The notes beneath the pieces were generated by a model, which saw nothing but the letters and a program-made list of their open reading frames with translations, was not told the origin of the DNA and searched no databases. A DNA stretch of 64,000 nt from the NCBI GenBank assembly GCA_012837435.1, contig DURD01000011.1, positions 4,024 through 68,023 of the forward strand, in the 5' to 3' direction. Positions 49,413 to 58,397 of the stretch are shown in pieces. The translations under genes were made by a program, and so were the position numbers. Position 1 is the first letter of the stretch; the number at the start of each line of letters is the position of its first letter. The DNA comes from Erysipelotrichaceae bacterium (GTDB lineage: Bacteria > Bacillota_I > Bacilli_A > RFN20 > CAG-826).

Positions 49413-52384
49413 TGAAAAAATCTAAATTTTTTATGTTTTTCCTATCAACGGTAGCAATATCTGCCGCTTCGATGAAAGCCATTATCGCCAATCCAGTGCA
49501 AGCTGCTGGCGACTATTGGATTAAAATCACTCCCAACTCGAAGTACATTTGCACTATTGATGGGGAAGGTAATGTGGGTGAGTTCACTTACAACGCCGGT
49601 AATAACTGTAACGGATTGTCCTTGCTTGTTGACTTAGGCATGAAGGCAGACGGTGTTACCCCAGAAGAAGCACAAAACTACACCATTTCAAAATTGCAAA
49701 TTGCCAATCTTGTAAACTCCACAAAGGTTGACGTATCAACTTCATTAGATGGCGAACAATACCATGATTTGTTCAGCTCTACTGAATTTGGCGAATTCAA
49801 AGTTTATGAATTTGAAGCCACCGAAATGAGATTTGTCAAACTAACTCCCACTGGAGCTTGGCAAACGTTCTGGGGAGCTGAATACCCAGTTGCGTTCTAT
49901 GGTCATGTGACTGGTGAAGAGCCAGAAGAGCCACCCGCCGCCACTAACGACTATATTAAAATCGGTCCTAATACCAAAAAGATTTATACAGTCGATGGAG
50001 AGGGCAATGAGGAAGCCTTTGCCTTTAACACTGGTAACAATGTCAACGGCAAAACTTTAATGATTGACCTCGGTAAGAAAGCTGACGGTACTGATGATGA
50101 AAATCAAAAATACATTTTAGCAGGCATTCAAGTGGCAGCTGTTCAAAACGTTACAAAAATTATCGCAGAAGTTTCTCTTGATAACGAAAACTGGACAAAA
50201 GTTTTCGAAACAACAGAATTTGCTGAATTTAAGACATATAACTTCGACGAAGTTGAAGCTCGTTATGTCAAGATGGTTTTCGAAGGTGCTTGGGCAACGC
50301 TTTGGGGTGCCGAATATGGCGTCGCGATGTATGGAAGAGTTGCTTCAGACGATGAACCAGTTGAAGAAAATAATTGGTTAAAGATTGCTCCTGGCACAAA
50401 GAAAATTTATACAATTGATAGCGAAGGCACAGAAGCCGCATTCGTATTTAATGCTGGTAATAATGGCAACGGCCTCATTCTTATGATTGACCTCGGTACA
50501 AATTACGATGGTACTCCTTCTGAAGACCAATGCTACATTTTAAGTGGTGTTCAAATTGCAAACTTAGTTAATGCCACTAAAGTTGTTATAGAAGTTTCCG
50601 TTGACGGCACTAAATACACAAAAGTTGCCGAATCAACAGAATTCGCTGCTTTTAAGGTTTATAATTTTGGCGAAATTAATGTTCGTTACGTTAGAATTAC
50701 TACTGAAGGCCAATGGCAAACGTTCTGGGGTGAAGAGTATGCCGTTGCAGTTTACGGTAGAGTCGGACAATTAGAAACAAGCGATGATCCAGAAGGCATC
50801 TTGTTTGCTAATGCAAGTTCCGAATTACAATACGCACTAGTTAAAGGCGATTCCATCGCTCTTGGTGCTTCTAAGAGAAACCCATCTGCTGCTGGCGATA
50901 TTGTCTACTCGATTACGGAAAATCAAAATGTCGCAACGATTTCCACTGAAGGTATTATCACAGTTAATTCTGTTGGTGACGGCCGAACAGTATACGTTGC
51001 CAAAGCGAGTGTTCCCAATCCCAGTGGTGGCGACTACGAAGCGACTTATTCATTTGTGGTCCTTAGTGAAGAACTAACTAGAATGAATAAAATTTATTAC
51101 AATCCAGATCAATATCGTTACGACTTATTAGATTTAATTGATATTTCATTAGTTAGAGCGTCGTTAAGCACTAAATTTACACATTCTATTGATGGTATTT
51201 CTTATCAAGAAGCCGACGCTAACAAACTTCTGGAAAATCCTGTCCGCGCTGCTTACGTTAAAGTTGAAGAAGGCGACGCAGTGATTTACGGCGTCGATAA
51301 GGCGGGCCAAGCCGTTGTGGTAAACATTACAACAGAAGACATCGATGGTTTCTTCCCAGAAAATCCATTGACAAACGCGATCGATGGAAACTTTTCTACT
51401 CCAGCAGTTACTCCAAAAAATAATCTTGTTGGTCAAGGCGAAGTTAAAGGTAGTGTGACGCTTGAATTAGATGCAGTTTATTCCATTACTGCTATCAGGA
51501 TGTTCTCGTTCTGGAATACAGTTAATTCTGGTTTCTTCTCCTATTCATTAGACGGCGTGAATTTCTCCGCTGATGAACCTTTCACAACTAAATATTGCAA
51601 ATATGGTGTTGAAGCAGAATTTATGGTTTTATTCGCTCCATTCGATGATGTTGAAGCTAGATTTGTTAGATTCAATATTACAGGTTGGACCACTAACGAA
51701 GATTCTATCGGCATCCGTGAATTTAACGTTTATGGAGAAAAGAACACCGGAACAGTGGCCATTACTTGGAATACAGAAGACTCCGATTCTGTTACAGGCA
51801 TGCCTACAAATGATGCGCAAGCACCTTACGGCACATTAATCAACGAACCAGAAACAGCTCCAACTAGAGAAGGCTATGTTTTCAGAGGTTGGTTTTTAGA
51901 TGATGGTTTTAGGACCGCTGCTACGTTCCCAGTTGTGGCGTTAGAAAATGTTTCATTATATGCGAAATGGGAAGCAGTCCCCACACATATTTTAACAATT
52001 AACGTTACTGGTGAAGGGTCCGTTACTGGTGCACAAACAGGTGCATACGCTGAAGGCACAGAGATTACAATTACTGTTACCGCAAGTAGTGGTTGGCATC
52101 TCGTCTCCGTTAAAGTGAACGACCAAACTGTCACATTGACTAATAACTCTTATCAATTAGTAATTTCTGGCAACACATCGATTGAAGTGTTGTTTGGAAA
52201 GGATCAAACAACTCAATCAAGCAGTTCTTCAAAAATTACCTCTCAACCAACAAGTACAAGCTCTCAAGCAGAACGACCAGCGAAATCTGGCTGTTTGGGT
52301 TCTGTTACTAGTTCTATTGCGCTTGTTAGCGTTCTTGGCTTAGTTTTAACAACGCTTGCATTGAGCAAAAAGAAAGAAGACTAA
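49412..52384 (+). CDS. 990-aa multi-domain surface protein (3 tandem CBM-like modules, Big_2-like, discoidin-like, 2 Listeria-Bacteroides/InlB-B-type repeats, Ser-rich stalk, TM anchor)
   Basis: Signal peptide ending VQA-AG. GYVFRGWFLDDGF...LYAKWE matches the Listeria-Bacteroides repeat. Stalk QTTQSSSSSKITSQPTSTSS. C-terminal helix IALVSVLGLVLTTLAL followed by SKKKED. Confidence 0.75.
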   Translation: MKKSKFFMFFLSTVAISAASMKAIIANPVQAAGDYWIKITPNSKYICTIDGEGNVGEFTYNAGNNCNGLSLLVDLGMKADGVTPEEAQNYTISKLQIANLVNSTKVDVSTSLDGEQYHDLFSSTEFGEFKVYEFEATEMRFVKLTPTGAWQTFWGAEYPVAFYGHVTGEEPEEPPAATNDYIKIGPNTKKIYTVDGEGNEEAFAFNTGNNVNGKTLMIDLGKKADGTDDENQKYILAGIQVAAVQNVTKIIAEVSLDNENWTKVFETTEFAEFKTYNFDEVEARYVKMVFEGAWATLWGAEYGVAMYGRVASDDEPVEENNWLKIAPGTKKIYTIDSEGTEAAFVFNAGNNGNGLILMIDLGTNYDGTPSEDQCYILSGVQIANLVNATKVVIEVSVDGTKYTKVAESTEFAAFKVYNFGEINVRYVRITTEGQWQTFWGEEYAVAVYGRVGQLETSDDPEGILFANASSELQYALVKGDSIALGASKRNPSAAGDIVYSITENQNVATISTEGIITVNSVGDGRTVYVAKASVPNPSGGDYEATYSFVVLSEELTRMNKIYYNPDQYRYDLLDLIDISLVRASLSTKFTHSIDGISYQEADANKLLENPVRAAYVKVEEGDAVIYGVDKAGQAVVVNITTEDIDGFFPENPLTNAIDGNFSTPAVTPKNNLVGQGEVKGSVTLELDAVYSITAIRMFSFWNTVNSGFFSYSLDGVNFSADEPFTTKYCKYGVEAEFMVLFAPFDDVEARFVRFNITGWTTNEDSIGIREFNVYGEKNTGTVAITWNTEDSDSVTGMPTNDAQAPYGTLINEPETAPTREGYVFRGWFLDDGFRTAATFPVVALENVSLYAKWEAVPTHILTINVTGEGSVTGAQTGAYAEGTEITITVTASSGWHLVSVKVNDQTVTLTNNSYQLVISGNTSIEVLFGKDQTTQSSSSSKITSQPTSTSSQAERPAKSGCLGSVTSSIALVSVLGLVLTTLALSKKKED
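49511..50765 (+). repeat. Three tandem, diverged 140-146-codon coding repeats
   Basis: Units start at 49511 (DYWIKITPN), 49949 (DYIKIGPN) and 50369 (NNWLKIAPG). Each ends with W-x-(T/W)-(F/L)-WG-(A/E)-EY-x-VA-x-YG-(H/R)-V. Confidence 0.9.
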
Positions 52385-52387
52385 TAC

Positions 52388-54079
52388 ATGAAAAGCAAAA
52401 GAAATTCCCTATTTCTTGTTGCATTGACAACAATGGCAATTGGGCTTTGTATTCCAAGGCCCAATGCCGTTGGGGTATCGGCTGCAAGTAACGAAAAAAC
52501 AAGAAGAACATATCAATATAAAGAAGGAGACTATTTTTACTACGATTTCCTAGGTTTCTTCAACCTCACAAATGTCGAAAGTAGTGGTAACGTTGAAGTT
52601 TCACTAGACGGCGTTTCTTTTGAAGCACCTTTATATCCTTGCCTAACTAGATATGTGAGAAGCACTCAAACATGTAGAGTCTACGCTGATGCGACTGATA
52701 CCGCGAAAATTGAAAGAGCTGTTTGTAGTGCTTCGTGCTGGGAAAACAGAGAAGTGGAAAAAATCTACGACGGTGTTAAAAAAGAAAATTATATGAATCC
52801 AACGATGTCTGAATGGACGTTGGACTTTGAATTTGATGATTATTATGAACTTAATGGCTTTTGTTGGCATGTTTACCAAGTGAATGCCCCAAAAGGCAAT
52901 ATATCTTATTCCCTAAATGGCTCTTCATTTACCAAATGGGTTGACTTTAAATTTGATAAAAAGATTGTTGACCCGACAATTGGAGACGAAGACTATTTAA
53001 TGACAGAATATTCTCCTGCTAGGTGCAAATTTGTAAGAGTTAATGTTACCGGTAGTGCATTTGATAACATTTTCAGCGCGACTAGAGAAGTTATTTTTTA
53101 TGGAAAAAAATATGAAGCTGAAAACGTCGATCCACTAAGCATTACAATTAATGAAAAATTACCTAATGGTGCAATTAACACCCCAGAGACTGCTTACTAT
53201 CCAGGAGACAAATTTCAACTGACTGCTTCTCTAGGAGACAACAATTCCCTTTCTAAGGTCGAGTGGGAAAGCTTAAATCCTATTAATATTAGAGTCGATG
53301 AATTTGGTTCTGTGGAAATTATTAGAGGGGGCATTGACGATATTTATAAGATTCGTGCTTTTACCATCGCACCAAATGGTACGGTTTATGAAGACATCAC
53401 GGATGTCTATATTAGGCGCATATTACCAATTTCAGGCTTGTCCGAATTAAGTTGGTATGGTGTTTCTAATTTCTATGGACCAGCCGCTTATGCTTTCGAT
53501 GGTGTTATTGGTGTATTCGGTAACTGGATGCAGCCTGTCGATGGTGTTAATAATTTCCAAATTATTTGTGATTTTAAACAACCGATTCCAATTGGCAAGA
53601 TTAATATTTATATCGGTGTTAATAGTCCGAGATCTATTAATGTCATTGGCTATTTGAACGGCGTTCCGACGCTGGTGGCTTCATTTGACATCATTCTCTC
53701 AAATAAAATACTTACTGTTCCAACTACTGGGACATTTGACAAACTAGTGTTTGATATCACAAACAACGATACCGCTTCTACAATATACGAAATTGAAATA
53801 TTCAACGACGAATCTTTTGACATAGAAAGTTTCGTGGTTGAAGAACCTACCGAGAATAGAGGGCCAAAAGCATCGGGAAACTATGACCCAACTGTTCCTA
53901 GTTATGACCCAACCGACCCCTCTGTTTATGACGATAGATTCAATCATGAGTCTTCGATATCTGAACCAATATTCAAATATTCAAAAGTAAACGTTACTTT
54001 AATTGTGGCCGCTCCAGTCGCGGGTATAGCAATTATCTTAGTTGTCTTGTTAGTTATTAAAGGAAGGAAAAAAATATGA
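52388..54079 (+). CDS. 563-aa surface protein with two discoidin-like domains, a Big_2-like domain and a C-terminal TM anchor
   Basis: Signal peptide. CKFVRVNVTG...REVIFYGK and STIYEIEIFN are discoidin domain ends. Terminal VTLIVAAPVAGIAIILVVLLVIKGRKKI. Confidence 0.7.
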   Translation: MKSKRNSLFLVALTTMAIGLCIPRPNAVGVSAASNEKTRRTYQYKEGDYFYYDFLGFFNLTNVESSGNVEVSLDGVSFEAPLYPCLTRYVRSTQTCRVYADATDTAKIERAVCSASCWENREVEKIYDGVKKENYMNPTMSEWTLDFEFDDYYELNGFCWHVYQVNAPKGNISYSLNGSSFTKWVDFKFDKKIVDPTIGDEDYLMTEYSPARCKFVRVNVTGSAFDNIFSATREVIFYGKKYEAENVDPLSITINEKLPNGAINTPETAYYPGDKFQLTASLGDNNSLSKVEWESLNPINIRVDEFGSVEIIRGGIDDIYKIRAFTIAPNGTVYEDITDVYIRRILPISGLSELSWYGVSNFYGPAAYAFDGVIGVFGNWMQPVDGVNNFQIICDFKQPIPIGKINIYIGVNSPRSINVIGYLNGVPTLVASFDIILSNKILTVPTTGTFDKLVFDITNNDTASTIYEIEIFNDESFDIESFVVEEPTENRGPKASGNYDPTVPSYDPTDPSVYDDRFNHESSISEPIFKYSKVNVTLIVAAPVAGIAIILVVLLVIKGRKKI

Positions 54080-56247
54080 AAAAATTAGCAAAAATATTAT
54101 GCTCTATTGGCTTAGCAGTAATTCCTACTGTTCTGTCTTCTTGTGGCACCAGCGTTCCGTCAAACTTTAGAAAAAAAGAAGTTAACATGGAAGTGAGCCA
54201 GGAATTTTCTCTTGCCGAATATAATGAAAATCCTGCTTTAAAGAACTACCCAATCCTTGTTGGGGGAATGGCGCACGGCAAAGAATTTATTAATGCCTTC
54301 CACGATTTAGAACTAGGAAACATGGTTTGGATTCCAAAAAAGGGCTATGCTCTTGGCAATACTGATTGGCAAAAAGAAAACTACGGCACTGATGCCGAAG
54401 CGGCCGCGGCGAAAGGTATGTATTACATGGCTTCTCACGCTCGTGGCCTCGGTACAGAATTTAAAAAGGGTGGTTATGGTTCTGGCGGCGATACTCACGT
54501 CCCTACTCCTTCAAAACCTGAAGAAATTCAAAAAGTAATCAGTGCTGGCGAAGATAAAGATGGCAATAACTTATTCTTTGGCTGGCATGCTGAAGAATTA
54601 GACGGCGACTTTGTCCAAAACGGCAGACTAGCCTTCGGTGCTAGAATACCTGATGTTTACGATTTCACAGACGAAGCTGGCGCGCGTGTATGCTATGAAA
54701 AAGAATTAAAACGCATTAATCAAGTGGCTTATGATATGGGTGGCGATCTCATCTCTAACCAGCTTGTTACCCATCAATTAAACGGCTTTAGGGCCGGTAA
54801 CGATATCATCATCGATGAATTCTTGGAGCACGGACCAAATATTGAACTGAAACTCGGCTATTTACGAGGTGGCCGTAATATGTTTGGCACTAACTTTGGT
54901 ATTTGGGTATCTCCATGGTATTTAGGTCAAGTGCCAGCGGCGGATACTAAACTATTCCCTAATAGTTATGCTAGCTTAACTGGCGGCCATAAGACGGCTT
55001 CCTACCGTCACTGTATCTATGAAGCTTACGTTTCTGGCGCAAAGATTATTACTAATCAAGAAACAGAACCATTAATTGCTAGAGATGTAATCAATGGTGG
55101 ATACCGAGAAGTTTTATGGGGTAAAGAACTTAAAAACTTCTGGTCCTATGTTAAAAACCATGCCTACGACGATGTGGTTGGTTGTAACGAAACGGCAATC
55201 ATGGTCGACAGAGATAACGGCTGGGAAGTCGGCAGACTTTGGGGCGGTTGGTATCTTGAAGATTCAAACTGGGGGAAGCTCGCACAAACAACCGCTAATA
55301 AGATGCTTTCTAATTATCTCAACGTCTTCTCTCCTGGTTACGGAAGAACAATTCAACAAATTTCTACTAGAACAGACTTATATCCTGGCTATTTTGCTCA
55401 ATCTCCCCTAGGTGCCTACGACGTCATCGCTACTGATATTGCTCCTGAAAGATTAGCAAAATACAAAAACGTGATTGTCCTTGGTGATATTAAGATGAAT
55501 GATATACTCAACCAAACACTTAAATCATTCGTTAGTGGTGGTGGGAATCTAATGATTAGCGCTTATCAAAGCATGTCCCATGGCGGGTTCTATGAAGATC
55601 CAGAATTCTATGGGTTCATATTCCAAGATTTTGACGGTTGGAATTATTCTGATCGCGTGGTTTTTTCTAACACAATTAAGAAAGTTCCTTCATCTGAAGA
55701 TAAATCGCTCTCTTATGTAAAAGATACTTACACATCTAATCAATTCGTTTCTGTGATTGGTGTGCAAAGTACCGCTGAAGCTCTAGCGACCGAAAGTGGT
55801 AAGAATATGCCAATTTTTGTGAAAAACAATTATGGAAAAGGAAAAGTATTCTTAGCCCTAACTGAATGGTGTTTAGACCAAGGGAATAACATGCTAGATT
55901 TCTATGCTGATGCAATCAGATCAATTATTCTCAATTCTAATCCAACCATTTTTGTCAGCCAAGCAAAGACCGACGGCACTAATAACTTCTCATATCAAAC
56001 TTCAATTAGAACCGCTCCTGATGGCAAGAAACAATTATTAATCTTGGTCTCCTCATATGACATAAATGATGGAAAGGTGACCGTTCAATTTGATCCATAC
56101 ATGGATGTTGACGTGGATGATATCCATATTGAAGTTTGTGGTGGCGAAGGTTATGACACTTTCACATCAAATATAGATAACGGATTATCTTTAACACTCA
56201 GTGTTAAAGCAGAGGACTTGGCTTTAATAGTCGTTGATAATATTTAA
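54076..56247 (+). CDS. 723-aa lipoprotein of unrecognised family
   Basis: Lipobox VLSSCGT and ATGA overlap with the upstream gene. I recognised no catalytic motif. The segment YKNVIVLGDIKMND...FVSGGGNLMIS vaguely recalls the GATase-like trimerisation domain of GH42 enzymes. Confidence 0.6.
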   Translation: MKKLAKILCSIGLAVIPTVLSSCGTSVPSNFRKKEVNMEVSQEFSLAEYNENPALKNYPILVGGMAHGKEFINAFHDLELGNMVWIPKKGYALGNTDWQKENYGTDAEAAAAKGMYYMASHARGLGTEFKKGGYGSGGDTHVPTPSKPEEIQKVISAGEDKDGNNLFFGWHAEELDGDFVQNGRLAFGARIPDVYDFTDEAGARVCYEKELKRINQVAYDMGGDLISNQLVTHQLNGFRAGNDIIIDEFLEHGPNIELKLGYLRGGRNMFGTNFGIWVSPWYLGQVPAADTKLFPNSYASLTGGHKTASYRHCIYEAYVSGAKIITNQETEPLIARDVINGGYREVLWGKELKNFWSYVKNHAYDDVVGCNETAIMVDRDNGWEVGRLWGGWYLEDSNWGKLAQTTANKMLSNYLNVFSPGYGRTIQQISTRTDLYPGYFAQSPLGAYDVIATDIAPERLAKYKNVIVLGDIKMNDILNQTLKSFVSGGGNLMISAYQSMSHGGFYEDPEFYGFIFQDFDGWNYSDRVVFSNTIKKVPSSEDKSLSYVKDTYTSNQFVSVIGVQSTAEALATESGKNMPIFVKNNYGKGKVFLALTEWCLDQGNNMLDFYADAIRSIILNSNPTIFVSQAKTDGTNNFSYQTSIRTAPDGKKQLLILVSSYDINDGKVTVQFDPYMDVDVDDIHIEVCGGEGYDTFTSNIDNGLSLTLSVKAEDLALIVVDNI

Positions 56248-58397
56248 TGAGACAAATTATTAATTTTAATCTCGATTGGAAATATTCTAATCAAAACCAT
56301 CAAAACTTTCAGAATCCAACATTTGATGATTCTTGCTTTGATGATGTTTATTTACCTCACACTAATAAAGAACTGCCTTTGCACTATTTTAGCGATACAG
56401 AATTTTGTTTCATTTCTAATTACCGTAAGAAGGTAGTTATAAAAAAAGAAGTTGGGAAGACGTATCATTTAGTTTTTGAAGGCATTTCTAATTACGCTGA
56501 ACTTTACGTCAATGGAAAATTTGTTAATAGTCACAAATGCGCTTATACAAATTTTGAATGCGATATTACAGCGTTTATTGTCGATGGAAAAAATGTCATC
56601 GCAGTTTTGGTCGACAGCAATGAAAGGCCTGATGTACCACCATTTGGGGGAGTGGTTGATTACCTTTGTTATGGTGGTATTTATCGTGACGTTAATCTAA
56701 TTGTTACTTCGAACGATTACATCAAAGACGTCTATGCTTTCTCTACTGATGTTGTTGATAAAGATTTACACGTTGAAATTTCTTTAACTGGCAGAGACCA
56801 GGAAGTCGAAGTGAAGATTGAAAAAGATGGTCGTACATACGGGAAGCAGAAAGCTATTTCAAACAATGGAAAAGCGAAAATTGTCTTTTCTGAGCTTCAT
56901 GTTGAATTATGGGATGTCGACAATCCTACTTTGTATGACATCATTGTCAGAACAAATGGTGATCAAAAGAGTATCAAATATGGATTCCGTTCCGCTAAAT
57001 TCACAAACGATGGCTTCTATTTAAATGGCAAAAGGTTACAACTAATGGGTTTAAACCGTCATCAATCCTTTCCATATGTTGGTTATGCCATGCCGAGAAA
57101 TGCCCAATATGAAGATGCTGACATCTTAAAATATGAACTCGGGGTTAATATTGTGAGAAGTTCACATTACCCTCCTTCAAAACATTTTATAGACCGCTGC
57201 GACGAAATAGGTTTGCTAGTATTTGAAGAGATTCCTGGTTGGAACCACATTGGCGATGAAGCGTGGAAAGATCAATCATTAAAAAATGTCCACGATATGA
57301 TTATGAGAGACCGCAACCACCCTTCTGTTATCTTATGGGGTGTACGCATTAATGAATCTGACGATGATCACGATTTTTATACGAAAACTAACGCGCTCGC
57401 CCGCTCCTTGGATTATCGTCAAACCGCCGGAGTTAGATGGAAGCCACACAGTGAATTCCTAGAAGACGTTTTTGCTATTAATGATTTTGTTCCTCTATAT
57501 GAAGAACCTCCACTAAGGGAACCAAGAATGGAAACTGGTTTAGACCACGATGTCCCTTATTTAGTCACAGAATATATGGGACATATGTTCCCAACTAAAA
57601 TAAACGATCAAGAAGCGAGATTAGTAAGGCATGCCGAAAGACATGCTCAGATACAGAATTTTGCACACAGCATTAAAAATATATCTGGTGCGATTGGTTG
57701 GTGTGCATTTGATTATAACACGCATCGCCACTTCGGCACGAATGATAAAATCTGTTATCACGGCGTGATGGATATCTTTAGAAATCCAAAATATGCCTCT
57801 TACGTCTATTTATCACAAAAAAATCCTCAAGAGGGGGTGGTTTTTGAACCAGCAACTATTTGGGCCTTTGGTGAAAAAGACATTGGTGGTGTCCTACCGC
57901 TTTTCGTCTACACGAATGTCGATAAGTTAACCATGGTTTTCGAAGGGAGAGACCCCATTGACTATTATCCTGATAAAGCGAATTATCCTTATCTTCCTCA
58001 TCCACCTATTATTATCAAAGAAATGCCTGAAGTTTGGGGTTCTACTTGGAAAGATGTTGTTTTCTATGGCTACATTAACAACAAATTAGTAGCCACAAGA
58101 GCCTACTCTTCTAATCCAATTCCATCGAGGCTTTCTTTACAAATTAAAACCAAACAACCTAGATTGTTCGATTCGATTAGAATCAAAGTTTCCGCTCTCG
58201 ATGAAAGAGACAACGTTATGAAGTTCTATAGCGAGCCGATTAAAATAAACGTCAATGGTGCAAGATTAGTTGGGCCTAGTACCGTTTCTTTAAGCGGCGG
58301 TATGTATTCCATTTGGGTAATTGCTGAACAAAAACACATTTCCGTGAGCGTTGAATCAGAAAGATTATCATTACAGACTGTTGAGATTGATTTATGA
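56247..58397 (+). CDS. Glycoside hydrolase family 2 enzyme (beta-galactosidase/beta-mannosidase type), cytoplasmic
   Basis: FNLDWKY start, sugar-binding domain YGGIYRDVNL, TIM-barrel motifs NIVRSSHYPP and ILWGVRINES. No signal peptide. Confidence 0.85.
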   Translation: MRQIINFNLDWKYSNQNHQNFQNPTFDDSCFDDVYLPHTNKELPLHYFSDTEFCFISNYRKKVVIKKEVGKTYHLVFEGISNYAELYVNGKFVNSHKCAYTNFECDITAFIVDGKNVIAVLVDSNERPDVPPFGGVVDYLCYGGIYRDVNLIVTSNDYIKDVYAFSTDVVDKDLHVEISLTGRDQEVEVKIEKDGRTYGKQKAISNNGKAKIVFSELHVELWDVDNPTLYDIIVRTNGDQKSIKYGFRSAKFTNDGFYLNGKRLQLMGLNRHQSFPYVGYAMPRNAQYEDADILKYELGVNIVRSSHYPPSKHFIDRCDEIGLLVFEEIPGWNHIGDEAWKDQSLKNVHDMIMRDRNHPSVILWGVRINESDDDHDFYTKTNALARSLDYRQTAGVRWKPHSEFLEDVFAINDFVPLYEEPPLREPRMETGLDHDVPYLVTEYMGHMFPTKINDQEARLVRHAERHAQIQNFAHSIKNISGAIGWCAFDYNTHRHFGTNDKICYHGVMDIFRNPKYASYVYLSQKNPQEGVVFEPATIWAFGEKDIGGVLPLFVYTNVDKLTMVFEGRDPIDYYPDKANYPYLPHPPIIIKEMPEVWGSTWKDVVFYGYINNKLVATRAYSSNPIPSRLSLQIKTKQPRLFDSIRIKVSALDERDNVMKFYSEPIKINVNGARLVGPSTVSLSGGMYSIWVIAEQKHISVSVESERLSLQTVEIDL

